A stretch of 64,000 bases of DNA, taken from Candidatus Latescibacterota bacterium (GTDB lineage Bacteria > Latescibacterota > UBA2968 > UBA8231). Positions 49,377 through 59,221 of the stretch are shown here, piece after piece. Position numbers and translations under genes: made by a program. Location of the stretch: NCBI GenBank assembly GCA_965242865.1, contig CBDETK010000013.1, positions 320,001 to 384,000 on the forward strand. Direction: 5' to 3'. Each line of letters starts with the position of its first letter. Position 1 is the first letter of the stretch. The notes beneath the pieces are model-generated. The model had not been told where the DNA came from, ran no database searches, and was given only the letters and a program-made list of their open reading frames with translations.

Positions 49377-51545
49377 CTAAGGCAGCTTGGTCGTCTTTTT
49401 CGCTTCCACCCGGCCTTCGATTTCGACGCGATAGATATACACGCCCGCGGCTACCGCCTTGCCTGCCTCGTCGCGCCCATCCCATACAAACCGATGGCTG
49501 CCCACCCCCAGCGGCCCCTCCCACACCTGCCGCACCCGACGACCCAGCACATCATGCACCCGCAGCGACACTTCCGTCGCGTCTGTCGCCAAATCGAGGG
49601 GCAGCACCACCGCCGGATTGAACGGGTTGGGATAGCTGTCGCCGAGCGAATGTTGCGCCGGGCGTGCTGCCGCCGACATCTGCACGGCTGTTGCAGTCGA
49701 AGCCAGCGAACTCTTGAGCAGATGGGCACCGCCCAAGATCGGATCCAACACCACCAAGTCGAGATCGCCATCGCCGTCCATGTCACCGGACAGCACGTAT
49801 CGCCCACTGCCGGTCAGCCGGTGCCGCTCGCCTTCTTGGGTCGGATTGACGCTCCCGCCCCATTCGACGAACACGCCAAACCCCGAAGCGCGGTCTCCGC
49901 CAATAAACACCCAGTCGTCCACCCTATCGGCGTTGAGATCGCGTATCAGCACCGGCGAGCGACGCAGCAGCCGATCATCATACAGCACTTCGGCTTCGAG
50001 GCGGTCTCCAGCGCCCTTGCGCTGCAAGACAAGCCCCTTGCTTCCTTCGAGTAGATCGGAGGTGAACTCAGTGAGTACATCCACCTGCCCATCGCCATCA
50101 AAATCGCCCACCCCTAACGGCTTCAACGCTTCACCGACCTCAAAGACCTCGCCCCGCTGAAACGCCTCGGGCGTGCTGTTTTGCAACCCCTCGTCCAAGG
50201 GAGACACAATCCACCCGCGCACCAGATCGCGAATCGGTCCCCAGAACACGGCTACGGTCCCATCGCCGGTAAAGTCGCCGAGGTGATAGGGCGTATATTT
50301 TTCGGAATACGCCACCTCCGCGGACGTCCACTCGCCCTGTTCAACCTCCCAGACCGCTAACGTGCTAAAAAACTCCGCCGTACCATTGAGCATATCGTCT
50401 CTTGTGCCATTATATGTAGCTCCCCCGACAAATAATTCGACCCGGCCATCGCCATCCCAATCGGCCACACTGTGAATCGAGCGGTCAATCTGCACGAGTA
50501 CCTCCACTTGGAGATCCGGGCCGATAGACCACACTTCAGTCGGCAGATCTTGGTTTGTTCCTATGGTTATCGCGATTTCGTCTTTACCATCGCCCGTTAA
50601 ATCAGCACCCACCGCCTCTAAGGACAACTGGGGGACGATTACACTTTCCATTCCCGCCTCGGTACTACTCCCCCTGATGGCCACTACTTTCTTAACAAGC
50701 CCCCGCTCCAAGGCCCCGCGCCCGTCATTGAGGGCCATCAGCCAGCCACTTTCAGGCTCAAGCTCCTGTTGCACTTTCGAGGGTGTGTCCCACAGACCAA
50801 AAAGGTCTAAGTCGCCATCGCCATCCAAGTCCGTCAACACGCCGCCCTTCCGCTCCCCTAGATACCCTCCTACATGAAATTCTTGCCCTGTGCCCGGCGC
50901 AATCGGATAGAACACCGGCGGCGCAAAAAGCCCGGCCCCATCAAAGCGAAAGTACTCTACCAGCGGCGGCGACCGTTCCCCCTGTAGTAGCTCTTCCGCG
51001 CCGGTCAACTCGATCCAGTCAATCTCAAACTTCTCCACTACCTTGGTATCCGAATCAGCCAGTATAAATTCTAGTATGATATTTTTTAACGGACCCTCCC
51101 AGCCGTCTCGATCCGCCACCGACAGCACCACTTCCTGCCACTCGGTGGTATAGACTACTTGTTTGAAAACGAGCGTCTCAAAAGAAGCTCTAAACCCTGA
51201 AGCGTTTTCCCACCCGAGCCCAAGCGTACCCTCCGTAGGGTCGTCATAGACGGTGCGGCAGCGAATTCGGACATAGTCGAACAGGCCCGAATCATACCCG
51301 ATAGCAGGAGAAACCAGTTCGCCTTGCGGCAGGGGGGACACAGCCTTAGTGGCCGAGGGATCGACCGTGATCTGCCATACGCTATCTTCGACCACCCAGG
51401 GAAAATGGTTAAATTCACGCGCACCCCGGATATGTTCTTTAGCGGACCACCCTTGCGTCGTCCCATCGTCGAACTCCCACCGAATCGCCACGGCGGGACC
51501 GCTCCACAGTACAAAGCCGACAACAACGGCGGCAAATTTCAGCAT
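49377..51545 (-). CDS. Secreted FG-GAP/FlgD protein (FG4, subtype A)
   Basis: Same architecture as FG5; central region near-identical to 56870..59059. Confidence 0.85.
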   Translation of the reverse strand: MLKFAAVVVGFVLWSGPAVAIRWEFDDGTTQGWSAKEHIRGAREFNHFPWVVEDSVWQITVDPSATKAVSPLPQGELVSPAIGYDSGLFDYVRIRCRTVYDDPTEGTLGLGWENASGFRASFETLVFKQVVYTTEWQEVVLSVADRDGWEGPLKNIILEFILADSDTKVVEKFEIDWIELTGAEELLQGERSPPLVEYFRFDGAGLFAPPVFYPIAPGTGQEFHVGGYLGERKGGVLTDLDGDGDLDLFGLWDTPSKVQQELEPESGWLMALNDGRGALERGLVKKVVAIRGSSTEAGMESVIVPQLSLEAVGADLTGDGKDEIAITIGTNQDLPTEVWSIGPDLQVEVLVQIDRSIHSVADWDGDGRVELFVGGATYNGTRDDMLNGTAEFFSTLAVWEVEQGEWTSAEVAYSEKYTPYHLGDFTGDGTVAVFWGPIRDLVRGWIVSPLDEGLQNSTPEAFQRGEVFEVGEALKPLGVGDFDGDGQVDVLTEFTSDLLEGSKGLVLQRKGAGDRLEAEVLYDDRLLRRSPVLIRDLNADRVDDWVFIGGDRASGFGVFVEWGGSVNPTQEGERHRLTGSGRYVLSGDMDGDGDLDLVVLDPILGGAHLLKSSLASTATAVQMSAAARPAQHSLGDSYPNPFNPAVVLPLDLATDATEVSLRVHDVLGRRVRQVWEGPLGVGSHRFVWDGRDEAGKAVAAGVYIYRVEIEGRVEAKKTTKLP

Positions 51546-51583
51546 GGCATCACCGATCCTTCCAGCAGATAGCGTACCCCGTC

Positions 51584-51627
51584 AAAGAAAGAGGCCGGCT
51601 TAATCGCGATCATTAAACCGGCCTCTT
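51584..51627 (-). terminator. Intrinsic terminator-like hairpin after peptide P3
   Basis: AAGAGGCCGG...CCGGCCTCTT followed by TCTTT on the minus strand. Confidence 0.7.
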
Positions 51628-51632
51628 ACGCC

Positions 51633-51908
51633 TTAGCAAACGCAGCAATACCAATGCGAACACTCGGCATTGCAGTTCGCATCCAGCCAACATGTCTTAC
51701 ATCTGCAATCCGGCTCGTTCGGGTTTGCCTCGCAACCGGAGCTGCCCTCCAGCACTGTCCATGGGGTGCCGTCGCAGGCTTTCGCTTCCTTGGCCCCGAG
51801 CAGGACGGCGATCCCCGTGAGGACGCTGATGACCCAACCGAGGGCCAACCCCTGCCGAGCCGGCACCAAGCCGCTCGACGATGCGAAAAACTCCCTCAAA
51901 TTCTGCAT
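51633..51908 (-). CDS. Cys-rich secreted peptide precursor P3 (44-aa leader + 47-aa core, 10 Cys)
   Basis: TAGGAG RBS; leader shared with two paralogs; core CDGTPWTVLEGSSGCEANPNEPDCRCKTCWLDANCNAECSHWYCCVC. Confidence 0.88.
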   Translation of the reverse strand: MQNLREFFASSSGLVPARQGLALGWVISVLTGIAVLLGAKEAKACDGTPWTVLEGSSGCEANPNEPDCRCKTCWLDANCNAECSHWYCCVC

Positions 51909-51998
51909 GATTCTCGTCTCCTACGTTGCCCAGTACGCCGGCGGCTCGATGCCGCTACGGCACTGGAAGTGAGTGTTAAAAAAACAGCCGATACGAGT
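51777..51998 (-). repeat. Conserved 5'UTR+leader cassette, copy 3
   Basis: About 220 bp nearly identical to 56647-56867 and 59372-59592. Confidence 0.9.
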
Positions 51999-52000
51999 CC

Positions 52001-54151
52001 TTACGGTAGTTTCGTCGTCTTTTTCGCTTCGACTCGCCCGTCCATCTCGACGCGATAGATATACACGCCCGCGGCTACCGCCTTACCTGCCTCGTCGCGG
52101 CCATCCCATACAAACCGATGGCTGCCCGCCCCCAGCGGCCCCTCCCACACCCGACGCACCCGACGACCCAGCACGTCATGCACCCGCAGCGACACTTCCG
52201 TCGCGTCTGTCGCCAAATCGAGGGGCAGCACCACCGCCGGATTGAACGGATTGGGATAGCTGTCGCCCAGCCGGTATTGCGCCGGGCGTGCTGCCGCCGA
52301 CGTCTGCACGGCTGTCGCGGTCGAAGCCAGCGAACTCTTGAGGACATGCACGCCGCCCAAGATCGGATCCAACACCACCAAATCCTCATCGCCGTCGCCA
52401 TCCATATCCCCGGACAGCACGTGAGTCCCACTGCCCGCCAGCCGGTGCCGCTCGCCGTTTTGGGTCGGATTGACGCTTCCACCCCACTCGACGAACACCC
52501 CAAACCCCGAAGCGCGATCTCCGCCGATAAACACCCAGTCGTCCACCCCATCGCCGTTGAGATCGCGGACCAGCACGGGCGAGCGACGAAACAGCCGATC
52601 ATCATACAGCACCTCGGCTTCGAGGCGGTCGCCGGCCCCCTTGCGCTGCAAGGCCAACCCCTTGCTCCCTTCAATTGTGTCCCGTATGAACTCGGTGAGG
52701 AAATCCACCTGCCCATCGCCATCAAAATCGCCCACCCCTAAGAGTTGCCTCTTCTCCTCGAATGCAAAGTACTCGCTTTGCTGCAACCCCTCGCCCAAAG
52801 CCTGCACAATCCACCTGTTTGACCGACCGGCGATCGGCAACCACACCACGTCTAAGGCCCCGTCGCCGGTAACATCGCCGACCCGAATGGGCGCATAGTT
52901 TGGGTCCGCCGCGACCTCCTCGGCGGTCCACCCGCCCTGTGCTGCATCCCAGACCTCTAACGTGCTTCCCTCAAACGTAACGTCCCGCACAAATAATTCG
53001 ACCCGGCCGTCGCCATCCCAATCTGCGGCATCCGCGAGCCACCGATCCACGATCGGCACGAGCACCTCCACTTGCAGTTCCGGCCCGATAGACCACACTT
53101 CTGTTACCTGCCCCCCGTTGCTGGTAGAGAGCACGATTTCGTCTTGCCCATCGCCGGTCAAATCCGCCCCCATCACCGCTAAGACCACCCCGGGGATGCT
53201 CGTCGCGTCCGTGTCCGCATCCGTACTCGTCTCCCCGGTGGCTGTTACTTCCTCTACGTGCCTCCGTTTCAAGGCTCCGTGCCCATCGTTGAGGGCCATC
53301 AGCCAGCCAACTTTAGCCGCAAACGTCCTCGTCAGACGATACCTCCAGAGGGCGAACAGGTCTAAGTCGCCATCGCCATCCAAGTCCGTTAAGACGCCGA
53401 CCTCCTCTGTATCAAGGTCTCCCCCGATGCCCGGGGCAATCGGATAGAACGCCGGCGAGGCAAACAGGCCGAGCCCGTCCAAGCGAAAGTACTCTACAGG
53501 GGGTGGAGGCAGTTCCCCCTGTAAGAGCTCTTCCACGCCAGTCAACTCGATCCAGTCAACCTCAAACCACTCAATCTCAACCACATCCGCCGCCGACCAA
53601 GGGTTTACCTCTGTATCGAGAAAAAAACGGAGCCTAATATCTTTTAATAGCCCCTCCCATATCGTCTCGTCTTGACCGGCCAACGGCAGCACCAATTCCT
53701 GCCACTCAGTGGTATAGACTAGGTCTTGGACGGGGGTGGCAAACCGGCTGCTCGACAGCAGCGGGTCTTCTGGATCCGAACCGGAAGCCAAGGCGTTGTG
53801 CTCGTTGGTCCAAGCGACCGAAAAATGACCGACCGTAGGGTGGTCATGGACGGTGCGGCAGCGGATGCGAACCCGGTCAAACAGGTCCGAATTGTACCCG
53901 ATCATTGGGGAAATCAATTTGAAATCCGCCCGAGAATCACTCCCTCTAGTGCTGGAGGAATCGACCGCGATCCGCCACACGCCATCTTCGACCACACTTG
54001 GAAACAGGTTCGTTTCACGCGGTCCTCCCCCTCCTATAAGTCCTTCTGTGGCAGACCACCCTTGCGTCGTCCCGTCGTCGAACTCCCACCGGACCGCCGT
54101 GGCGGGATCGTCCCACAGCACCACGGCAACAGCGGCGAATAGCAGCATCAT
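52001..54151 (-). CDS. Secreted FG-GAP/FlgD protein (FG3, subtype B)
   Basis: Same architecture; central region near-identical to 54196..56334. Confidence 0.85.
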   Translation of the reverse strand: MMLLFAAVAVVLWDDPATAVRWEFDDGTTQGWSATEGLIGGGGPRETNLFPSVVEDGVWRIAVDSSSTRGSDSRADFKLISPMIGYNSDLFDRVRIRCRTVHDHPTVGHFSVAWTNEHNALASGSDPEDPLLSSSRFATPVQDLVYTTEWQELVLPLAGQDETIWEGLLKDIRLRFFLDTEVNPWSAADVVEIEWFEVDWIELTGVEELLQGELPPPPVEYFRLDGLGLFASPAFYPIAPGIGGDLDTEEVGVLTDLDGDGDLDLFALWRYRLTRTFAAKVGWLMALNDGHGALKRRHVEEVTATGETSTDADTDATSIPGVVLAVMGADLTGDGQDEIVLSTSNGGQVTEVWSIGPELQVEVLVPIVDRWLADAADWDGDGRVELFVRDVTFEGSTLEVWDAAQGGWTAEEVAADPNYAPIRVGDVTGDGALDVVWLPIAGRSNRWIVQALGEGLQQSEYFAFEEKRQLLGVGDFDGDGQVDFLTEFIRDTIEGSKGLALQRKGAGDRLEAEVLYDDRLFRRSPVLVRDLNGDGVDDWVFIGGDRASGFGVFVEWGGSVNPTQNGERHRLAGSGTHVLSGDMDGDGDEDLVVLDPILGGVHVLKSSLASTATAVQTSAAARPAQYRLGDSYPNPFNPAVVLPLDLATDATEVSLRVHDVLGRRVRRVWEGPLGAGSHRFVWDGRDEAGKAVAAGVYIYRVEMDGRVEAKKTTKLP

Positions 54152-54195
54152 AGCCTATCTCCTTTGCAACAGGCAAAAAAGAATGTCCTCTTACG

Positions 54196-56334
54196 TTACG
54201 GCAGTTTCGTCGTCTTTTTCGCTTCTACCCGGCCGTCCATCTCGACGCGATAGATATACACGCCCGCGGCCACCGCCTTACCTGCCTCGTCGCGGCCATC
54301 CCATACAAACCGATGGCTGCCTGCCCGCAACGGCCCCTGCCACATCTGACGCACCCGACGACCCAACACGTCATGTACCCGCAGCGAGACCGCCGCGTCC
54401 TCGGCCAAATCGAGGGGCAGCACCACCGCCGGATTGAACGGATTGGGATAGCTGTCGCCCAGCCGGTACTGCGCCGGGCGTGCTGCCGCCGACATCTGCA
54501 CGGCTGTCGCGGTCGAAGTCAGCGAACTCTTGAGGACATGCACGCCGCCCAAGATCGGATCCAACACCACCAAATCCTCATCGCCGTCGCCATCCATATC
54601 CCCGGACAGCACGTGAGTCCCACTGCCCGCCAGCCGGTGCCGCTCGCCGTCTTGGGTCGGATTGACACTTCCACCCCACTCGACGAACACCCCAAACCCC
54701 GAAGCGCGATCTCCGCCGATAAACACCCAGTCGTCCACCCCATCGCCGTTGAGATCGCGGACCAGCACGGGCGAGCGACGAAACAGCCGATCATCATACA
54801 GCACCTCGGCTTCGAGGCGGGCGCCGGCCCCCTTGCGCTGCAAGGCCAACCCCTTGCTCCCTTCGATTGTGTCCCGTATGAACTCGGTGAGGAAATCCAC
54901 CTGCCCATCGCCATCAAAATCGCCCACCCCTAAGAGTTGCCTCTTCTCCTCGAATGCAAAGTACTCGCTTTGCTGCAACCCCTCGCCCAAAGCCTGCACA
55001 ATCCACCTGTTTGACCGACCGGCGATCGGCACCCACACCACGTCTAAGGCCCCATCGCCGGTAATATCGCCAACCCGATAGGGTCCATAGTCTGGGTCTG
55101 CCGCGACCTCCTCGACGGTCCATTTGCCCTGTTCGACGTCCCAGACCTCTAACGTGCCGCCAGCAAACTCAACATCCTCTACAAATAATTCGACCCGGCC
55201 GTCGCCGTCCCAATCCGCGGCATCCGTGATCCATCGATCCGCGATCGGCACGAGCACCTCCACTTGTAGTTCCGGCCCGATAGACCACACTTCTGTTACC
55301 TCTACCGCACTGGTACTTGTAGAGAGCACGATTTCGTCTTGCCCATCGCCGGTCAAGTCCGCACCCATCACCGCTAAGACCACCCCGGAGATGCTCGTCG
55401 CACCCGTGTCCTCATCCGTACTCGTCTCCCCGGTGGCTGTTACTTCCTCTACGCGCCTCAGTTTCAAGGCCCCGTGCCCGTCATTGAGGGCCATCACCCA
55501 GCCCACGTTAGCCCTTTCAACACCGATACGACTGTCGTCATAGAGAGCGAACAGGTCTAAGTCGCCATCGCCCTCCAAGTCCGTTAAAACGCCCGCTCCT
55601 CCAAGTGCCTTCCCGATGCCTGGGGCAATCGGATAGAACACCGGTGGGTCAAACAGACCAACCCCACCAAAGCGCAAGTACTCCACCGGCGGCGGCGACC
55701 GTTCCCCCTGTAAGAGCTCTTCCACGCCGGTCAACTCGATCCAGTCGATCTCAAACCACGCCACCACCTCAGCCGCCGATGGGTCTTGCAGATCAAACTC
55801 TATATCCAGCATAAAACTGAGCTGAATATCTTTTAACAGACCCTCCCATATCGTCTCGTCTTGCCCGGCCAACGACAGCACCAATTCCTGCCACTCGGTG
55901 GTATAGACGATTGGTTGTACGCGGCTTTGAAATCGGCTTCCAGAGGGCCGATCTTCTGGATCCCAACCGGACGACAGGGCGTTGTGCTCGTTGGTCCACT
56001 CCATTGAAACATTACCGACCGTCGGGCGGTGATGAACAGTGCGGAACCGGATGCGGACCCGGTCGAACAGACCTGAATCGTACCCGATGGTCGAGGAAAT
56101 CACTTCGACACTTGGCGTGAAGTAATTGCCTTTGACGATGGCGGGATCGACCTCGATCCGCCACACGCCGTCTTCGACTTCGCCCGGAAACTGGTGCAAT
56201 TCACGCACCCCACCCCATACAAGCGCTTCTTTGGCGGACCACCCTTGCGTCGTCCCATCGTCAAACTCCCACCGAATCGCCGAGGCGGGACCGCTCCACA
56301 GCACCACGGCGGCAACGACAGCTAGCTTCAACAT
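54196..56334 (-). CDS. Secreted FG-GAP/FlgD protein (FG2, subtype B)
   Basis: Same architecture; GGAGG RBS. Confidence 0.85.
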   Translation of the reverse strand: MLKLAVVAAVVLWSGPASAIRWEFDDGTTQGWSAKEALVWGGVRELHQFPGEVEDGVWRIEVDPAIVKGNYFTPSVEVISSTIGYDSGLFDRVRIRFRTVHHRPTVGNVSMEWTNEHNALSSGWDPEDRPSGSRFQSRVQPIVYTTEWQELVLSLAGQDETIWEGLLKDIQLSFMLDIEFDLQDPSAAEVVAWFEIDWIELTGVEELLQGERSPPPVEYLRFGGVGLFDPPVFYPIAPGIGKALGGAGVLTDLEGDGDLDLFALYDDSRIGVERANVGWVMALNDGHGALKLRRVEEVTATGETSTDEDTGATSISGVVLAVMGADLTGDGQDEIVLSTSTSAVEVTEVWSIGPELQVEVLVPIADRWITDAADWDGDGRVELFVEDVEFAGGTLEVWDVEQGKWTVEEVAADPDYGPYRVGDITGDGALDVVWVPIAGRSNRWIVQALGEGLQQSEYFAFEEKRQLLGVGDFDGDGQVDFLTEFIRDTIEGSKGLALQRKGAGARLEAEVLYDDRLFRRSPVLVRDLNGDGVDDWVFIGGDRASGFGVFVEWGGSVNPTQDGERHRLAGSGTHVLSGDMDGDGDEDLVVLDPILGGVHVLKSSLTSTATAVQMSAAARPAQYRLGDSYPNPFNPAVVLPLDLAEDAAVSLRVHDVLGRRVRQMWQGPLRAGSHRFVWDGRDEAGKAVAAGVYIYRVEMDGRVEAKKTTKLP

Positions 56335-56390
56335 GCTATCACCTCCATAGAGACATTTTCAGAAGACTGAGCACGGTCCGTAAGTGCGAA

Positions 56391-56434
56391 GGAAAAGAGG
56401 GCCGGCTCAAGAATAGCTCCTGAGCCGGACCCTT
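56391..56434 (-). terminator. Terminator-like hairpin after peptide P2
   Basis: GGG.CCGGCTCA...TGAGCCGGCCC followed by TCTTTT on the minus strand. Confidence 0.65.
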
Positions 56435-56493
56435 CCCTTCAGCTTCTTGGACCGAGAAACAGCCCTACCAGCCAGCTAGCGGATGTCCTGATC

Positions 56494-56778
56494 TTAGGCG
56501 ACGCAGGAACAGCTTGTTACATTAATCACATTGCATTCGTCGTCCAGCCACTTGGTGCAGCACCGGAACGGCTTATCCGGATAAACTTCCGCGCACCCGG
56601 CATGCCAAGAACAATCTGTCCGTTGGCCCGGGCAGCTACCGTCACCGGCTTTCGCTTCCTTGGCCCCGAGCAGGACGGTGATCCCCGTGAGGACGCTGAT
56701 GACCCAGCCCAGTGCCAAACCCTGCCGAGCCGGTGCCAACCCGCTCGACGACGTGAAAAACTCCCGCAATTTCTGCAT
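56494..56778 (-). CDS. Cys-rich secreted peptide precursor P2 (44-aa leader + 50-aa core, 8 Cys)
   Basis: Core GDGSCPGQRTDCSWHAGCAEVYPDKPFRCCTKWLDDECNVINVTSCSCVA. Confidence 0.88.
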   Translation of the reverse strand: MQKLREFFTSSSGLAPARQGLALGWVISVLTGITVLLGAKEAKAGDGSCPGQRTDCSWHAGCAEVYPDKPFRCCTKWLDDECNVINVTSCSCVA

Positions 56779-56867
56779 GATTCTCGTCTCCTACGTTGCC
56801 CAGTACGCCAGCGGCCCGATACCGCGATGGCACTGGAAGTGAGGGTTGAAAAACAGCCGATACGAGT
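56647..56867 (-). repeat. Conserved 5'UTR+leader cassette, copy 2
   Basis: Starts 2 nt after the FG1 stop codon, matching the position of copy 3 after FG3. Confidence 0.9.
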
Positions 56868-56869
56868 CC

Positions 56870-59059
56870 TTACGGCAGCTTCGTCGTCTTCTTCGCTTCC
56901 ACCTGTCCGTCCATCTCGACGCGATAGATATACACCCCAGCGGCCACCGCCTTGCCTGTCTCGTCGCGGCCATCCCATACAAACCGATGGCTGCCTGCCC
57001 CCAGCGGCCCCTGCCACACCTGCCGCACCCGACGACCCAACACATCATGCACTCGCAACGAGACCGCCGCGTCCTCGGCCAAATCAAGAGGAATCACCAC
57101 CGCCGGATTAAACGGATTGGGATAGCTGTCGCCGAGCCGGTATTGCGCCGGGCGCACATCCGCCGACGTCTGCACGGCTGTCGCTGTTGAGGCCAGCGAA
57201 TTCTTGAGGACATGCACGCCGCCCAAGATCGGATCCAACACCACCAAATCGAGGTCGCCATCGCCATCCATATCCCCGGACAGCACGGTTCTCCCATTGC
57301 CCGCCAGCCGATGCCGCTCGCCTTCTTGGGTCGGATTGACAAGCCCCCCCCACTCGACGAACACGCCAAACCCCGAAGCGCGGTCTCCGCCAATAAACAC
57401 CCAATCGTCCACCCTATCGGCGTTGAGATCGCGTATCAGCACCGGCGAGCGACGCAGCAGCCGATCATCATACAGCACTTCGGCTTCGAGGCGGTCTCCA
57501 GCGCCCTTGCGCTGCAAGACAAGCCCCTTGCTTCCTTCGAGTAGATCGGAGGTGAACTCAGTGAGTACATCCACCTGCCCATCGCCATCAAAATCGCCCA
57601 CCCCTAACGGCTTCAACGCTTCACCGCCCTCAAAGACCTCGCTCCGCTTCAACGCTTCAGGCTCGCTGCTCTGCAACGCCTTGTCCAAGGGAGACACAAT
57701 CCACCCTTGCGCCAAATTGCGAATCGGTCCCCAGAACACGTCAAGAATCCCATTGCCGGTAAAGTCGCCGATGTGAACGGGCGCGTATTTTTCGGAATAC
57801 GCCACCTCCGAGGACATCCACCCGCCCGGTTTGAACTCCCAGACCGCTAACGTGCTAAAAAACTTCGCTGTACCCGCACGTGCTTCCTTGAGAGTGCCAT
57901 TATGTGTAGCTCCCCCGACAAATAATTCGATCCGGTCATCGCCATCCCAATCGGCCACACTATGAACCCAGCTATCGATCTGTACGAGCACCTCCACTTG
58001 GAGGTCCGGGCCGATAGACCACACTTCAGTTGCAGGCTCCCGGTTGCTTCTCGATAGGACGATTTCGGCTTGACCATCGCCGGTCAAATCGGCCCCAAGG
58101 ACTTGCAAGGCCACCCCTCGGGCGACTATTGCCACCTCCCCTCCTATGGCGGCTCCTTCCTCCTCCCCTGTGGCGGCTCCTTCCTCTATAACAGGCCCCC
58201 GTTCCAAGGCTCCACGCCCATCATTGAAGGCCATCAGCCAGCCCGTTTTCTCCTTACGAGACCCATGATCATTAGGTATTTTCATTTCCCAGAGACCGAA
58301 CAGGTCTAAATCGCCATCGCCATCCAAGTCCGTCAACACATTGCCCGCTCCCCCCCCTAGATACCTGCTTCGACCCCCTCGTGCTTCCCCGATGCCTTTG
58401 GCAATCGGATAGAACACCGGCGGCGCAAAAAGCCCCGTCCCCGCAAAGCGAAAGTACTGCTCTACCGGCGGCGGGGGGAGTTCCCCTTGGAGCACCTCTT
58501 CCACGCCGGTCAACTCGATCCAGTCGATCTCAAACGCCTCCACCACCTCGGTCGTCGAATCTAAATCCAGCATAAAACTGAACCGAAGGTTTCTCAACAG
58601 GCCCTCCCATTCGGCTTGACCCTCCAACGAGACCTCCACTTCCTGCCACGCGGTGGTATAGACTACTTGTTGGACGGGGGTGTCGTCTTGCAAAAAAACA
58701 TGACCTGAAGCGTTGTCCCATTGCACGTAAAAAGTGCCCTCGGTCGGGCGATCATGGACGGTGCGGAAGCGGAGGCGAACCCGGTCGAACAGACCCGAAT
58801 CATACCCGATGGTTGAAGAAACCACTTCGACACTCAGCCGGGAGGGGTCGAAACTGTTGGCAACGGCGGGATCGACCCGGATCCGCCACACGCCCTCGTC
58901 AACTTCGCCGGGAAACTGGTGAAATTCACGCGTACCCCCCGATACATCAGCTTCTTTGGCGGTCCACCCTTGGGTCGTCCCGTCGTCGAACTCCCACCGA
59001 ATCGCCGCGGCGGGGATGCTCCACAGCACAAGCCCTACAACAGCAGCAAACTTCAGCAT
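56870..59059 (-). CDS. Secreted FG-GAP/FlgD protein (FG1, subtype A)
   Basis: Start at MLKFAA after AAGGAG; same architecture. Confidence 0.85.
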   Translation of the reverse strand: MLKFAAVVGLVLWSIPAAAIRWEFDDGTTQGWTAKEADVSGGTREFHQFPGEVDEGVWRIRVDPAVANSFDPSRLSVEVVSSTIGYDSGLFDRVRLRFRTVHDRPTEGTFYVQWDNASGHVFLQDDTPVQQVVYTTAWQEVEVSLEGQAEWEGLLRNLRFSFMLDLDSTTEVVEAFEIDWIELTGVEEVLQGELPPPPVEQYFRFAGTGLFAPPVFYPIAKGIGEARGGRSRYLGGGAGNVLTDLDGDGDLDLFGLWEMKIPNDHGSRKEKTGWLMAFNDGRGALERGPVIEEGAATGEEEGAAIGGEVAIVARGVALQVLGADLTGDGQAEIVLSRSNREPATEVWSIGPDLQVEVLVQIDSWVHSVADWDGDDRIELFVGGATHNGTLKEARAGTAKFFSTLAVWEFKPGGWMSSEVAYSEKYAPVHIGDFTGNGILDVFWGPIRNLAQGWIVSPLDKALQSSEPEALKRSEVFEGGEALKPLGVGDFDGDGQVDVLTEFTSDLLEGSKGLVLQRKGAGDRLEAEVLYDDRLLRRSPVLIRDLNADRVDDWVFIGGDRASGFGVFVEWGGLVNPTQEGERHRLAGNGRTVLSGDMDGDGDLDLVVLDPILGGVHVLKNSLASTATAVQTSADVRPAQYRLGDSYPNPFNPAVVIPLDLAEDAAVSLRVHDVLGRRVRQVWQGPLGAGSHRFVWDGRDETGKAVAAGVYIYRVEMDGQVEAKKTTKLP

Positions 59060-59121
59060 GATAGCACAACTCCTTTCCAACAGGTAACATTCCGACAGAC
59101 TGCACCCTATCCATGAGTACG

Positions 59122-59167
59122 AAAGGGAAGGGGGGCCGGCTGAATCGCTACGATTAAACCGGCCCTT
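59122..59167 (-). terminator. Terminator-like hairpin after peptide P1
   Basis: GGGCCGG..AATCG-TAG-CGATT..CCGGCCC, then a pyrimidine tract with a weak U run. Confidence 0.55.
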
Positions 59168-59221
59168 ACACCTTAACAGGAGAAACGGTCCTACAGCCGC
59201 TAAGGTGGTCCCAGATATACT

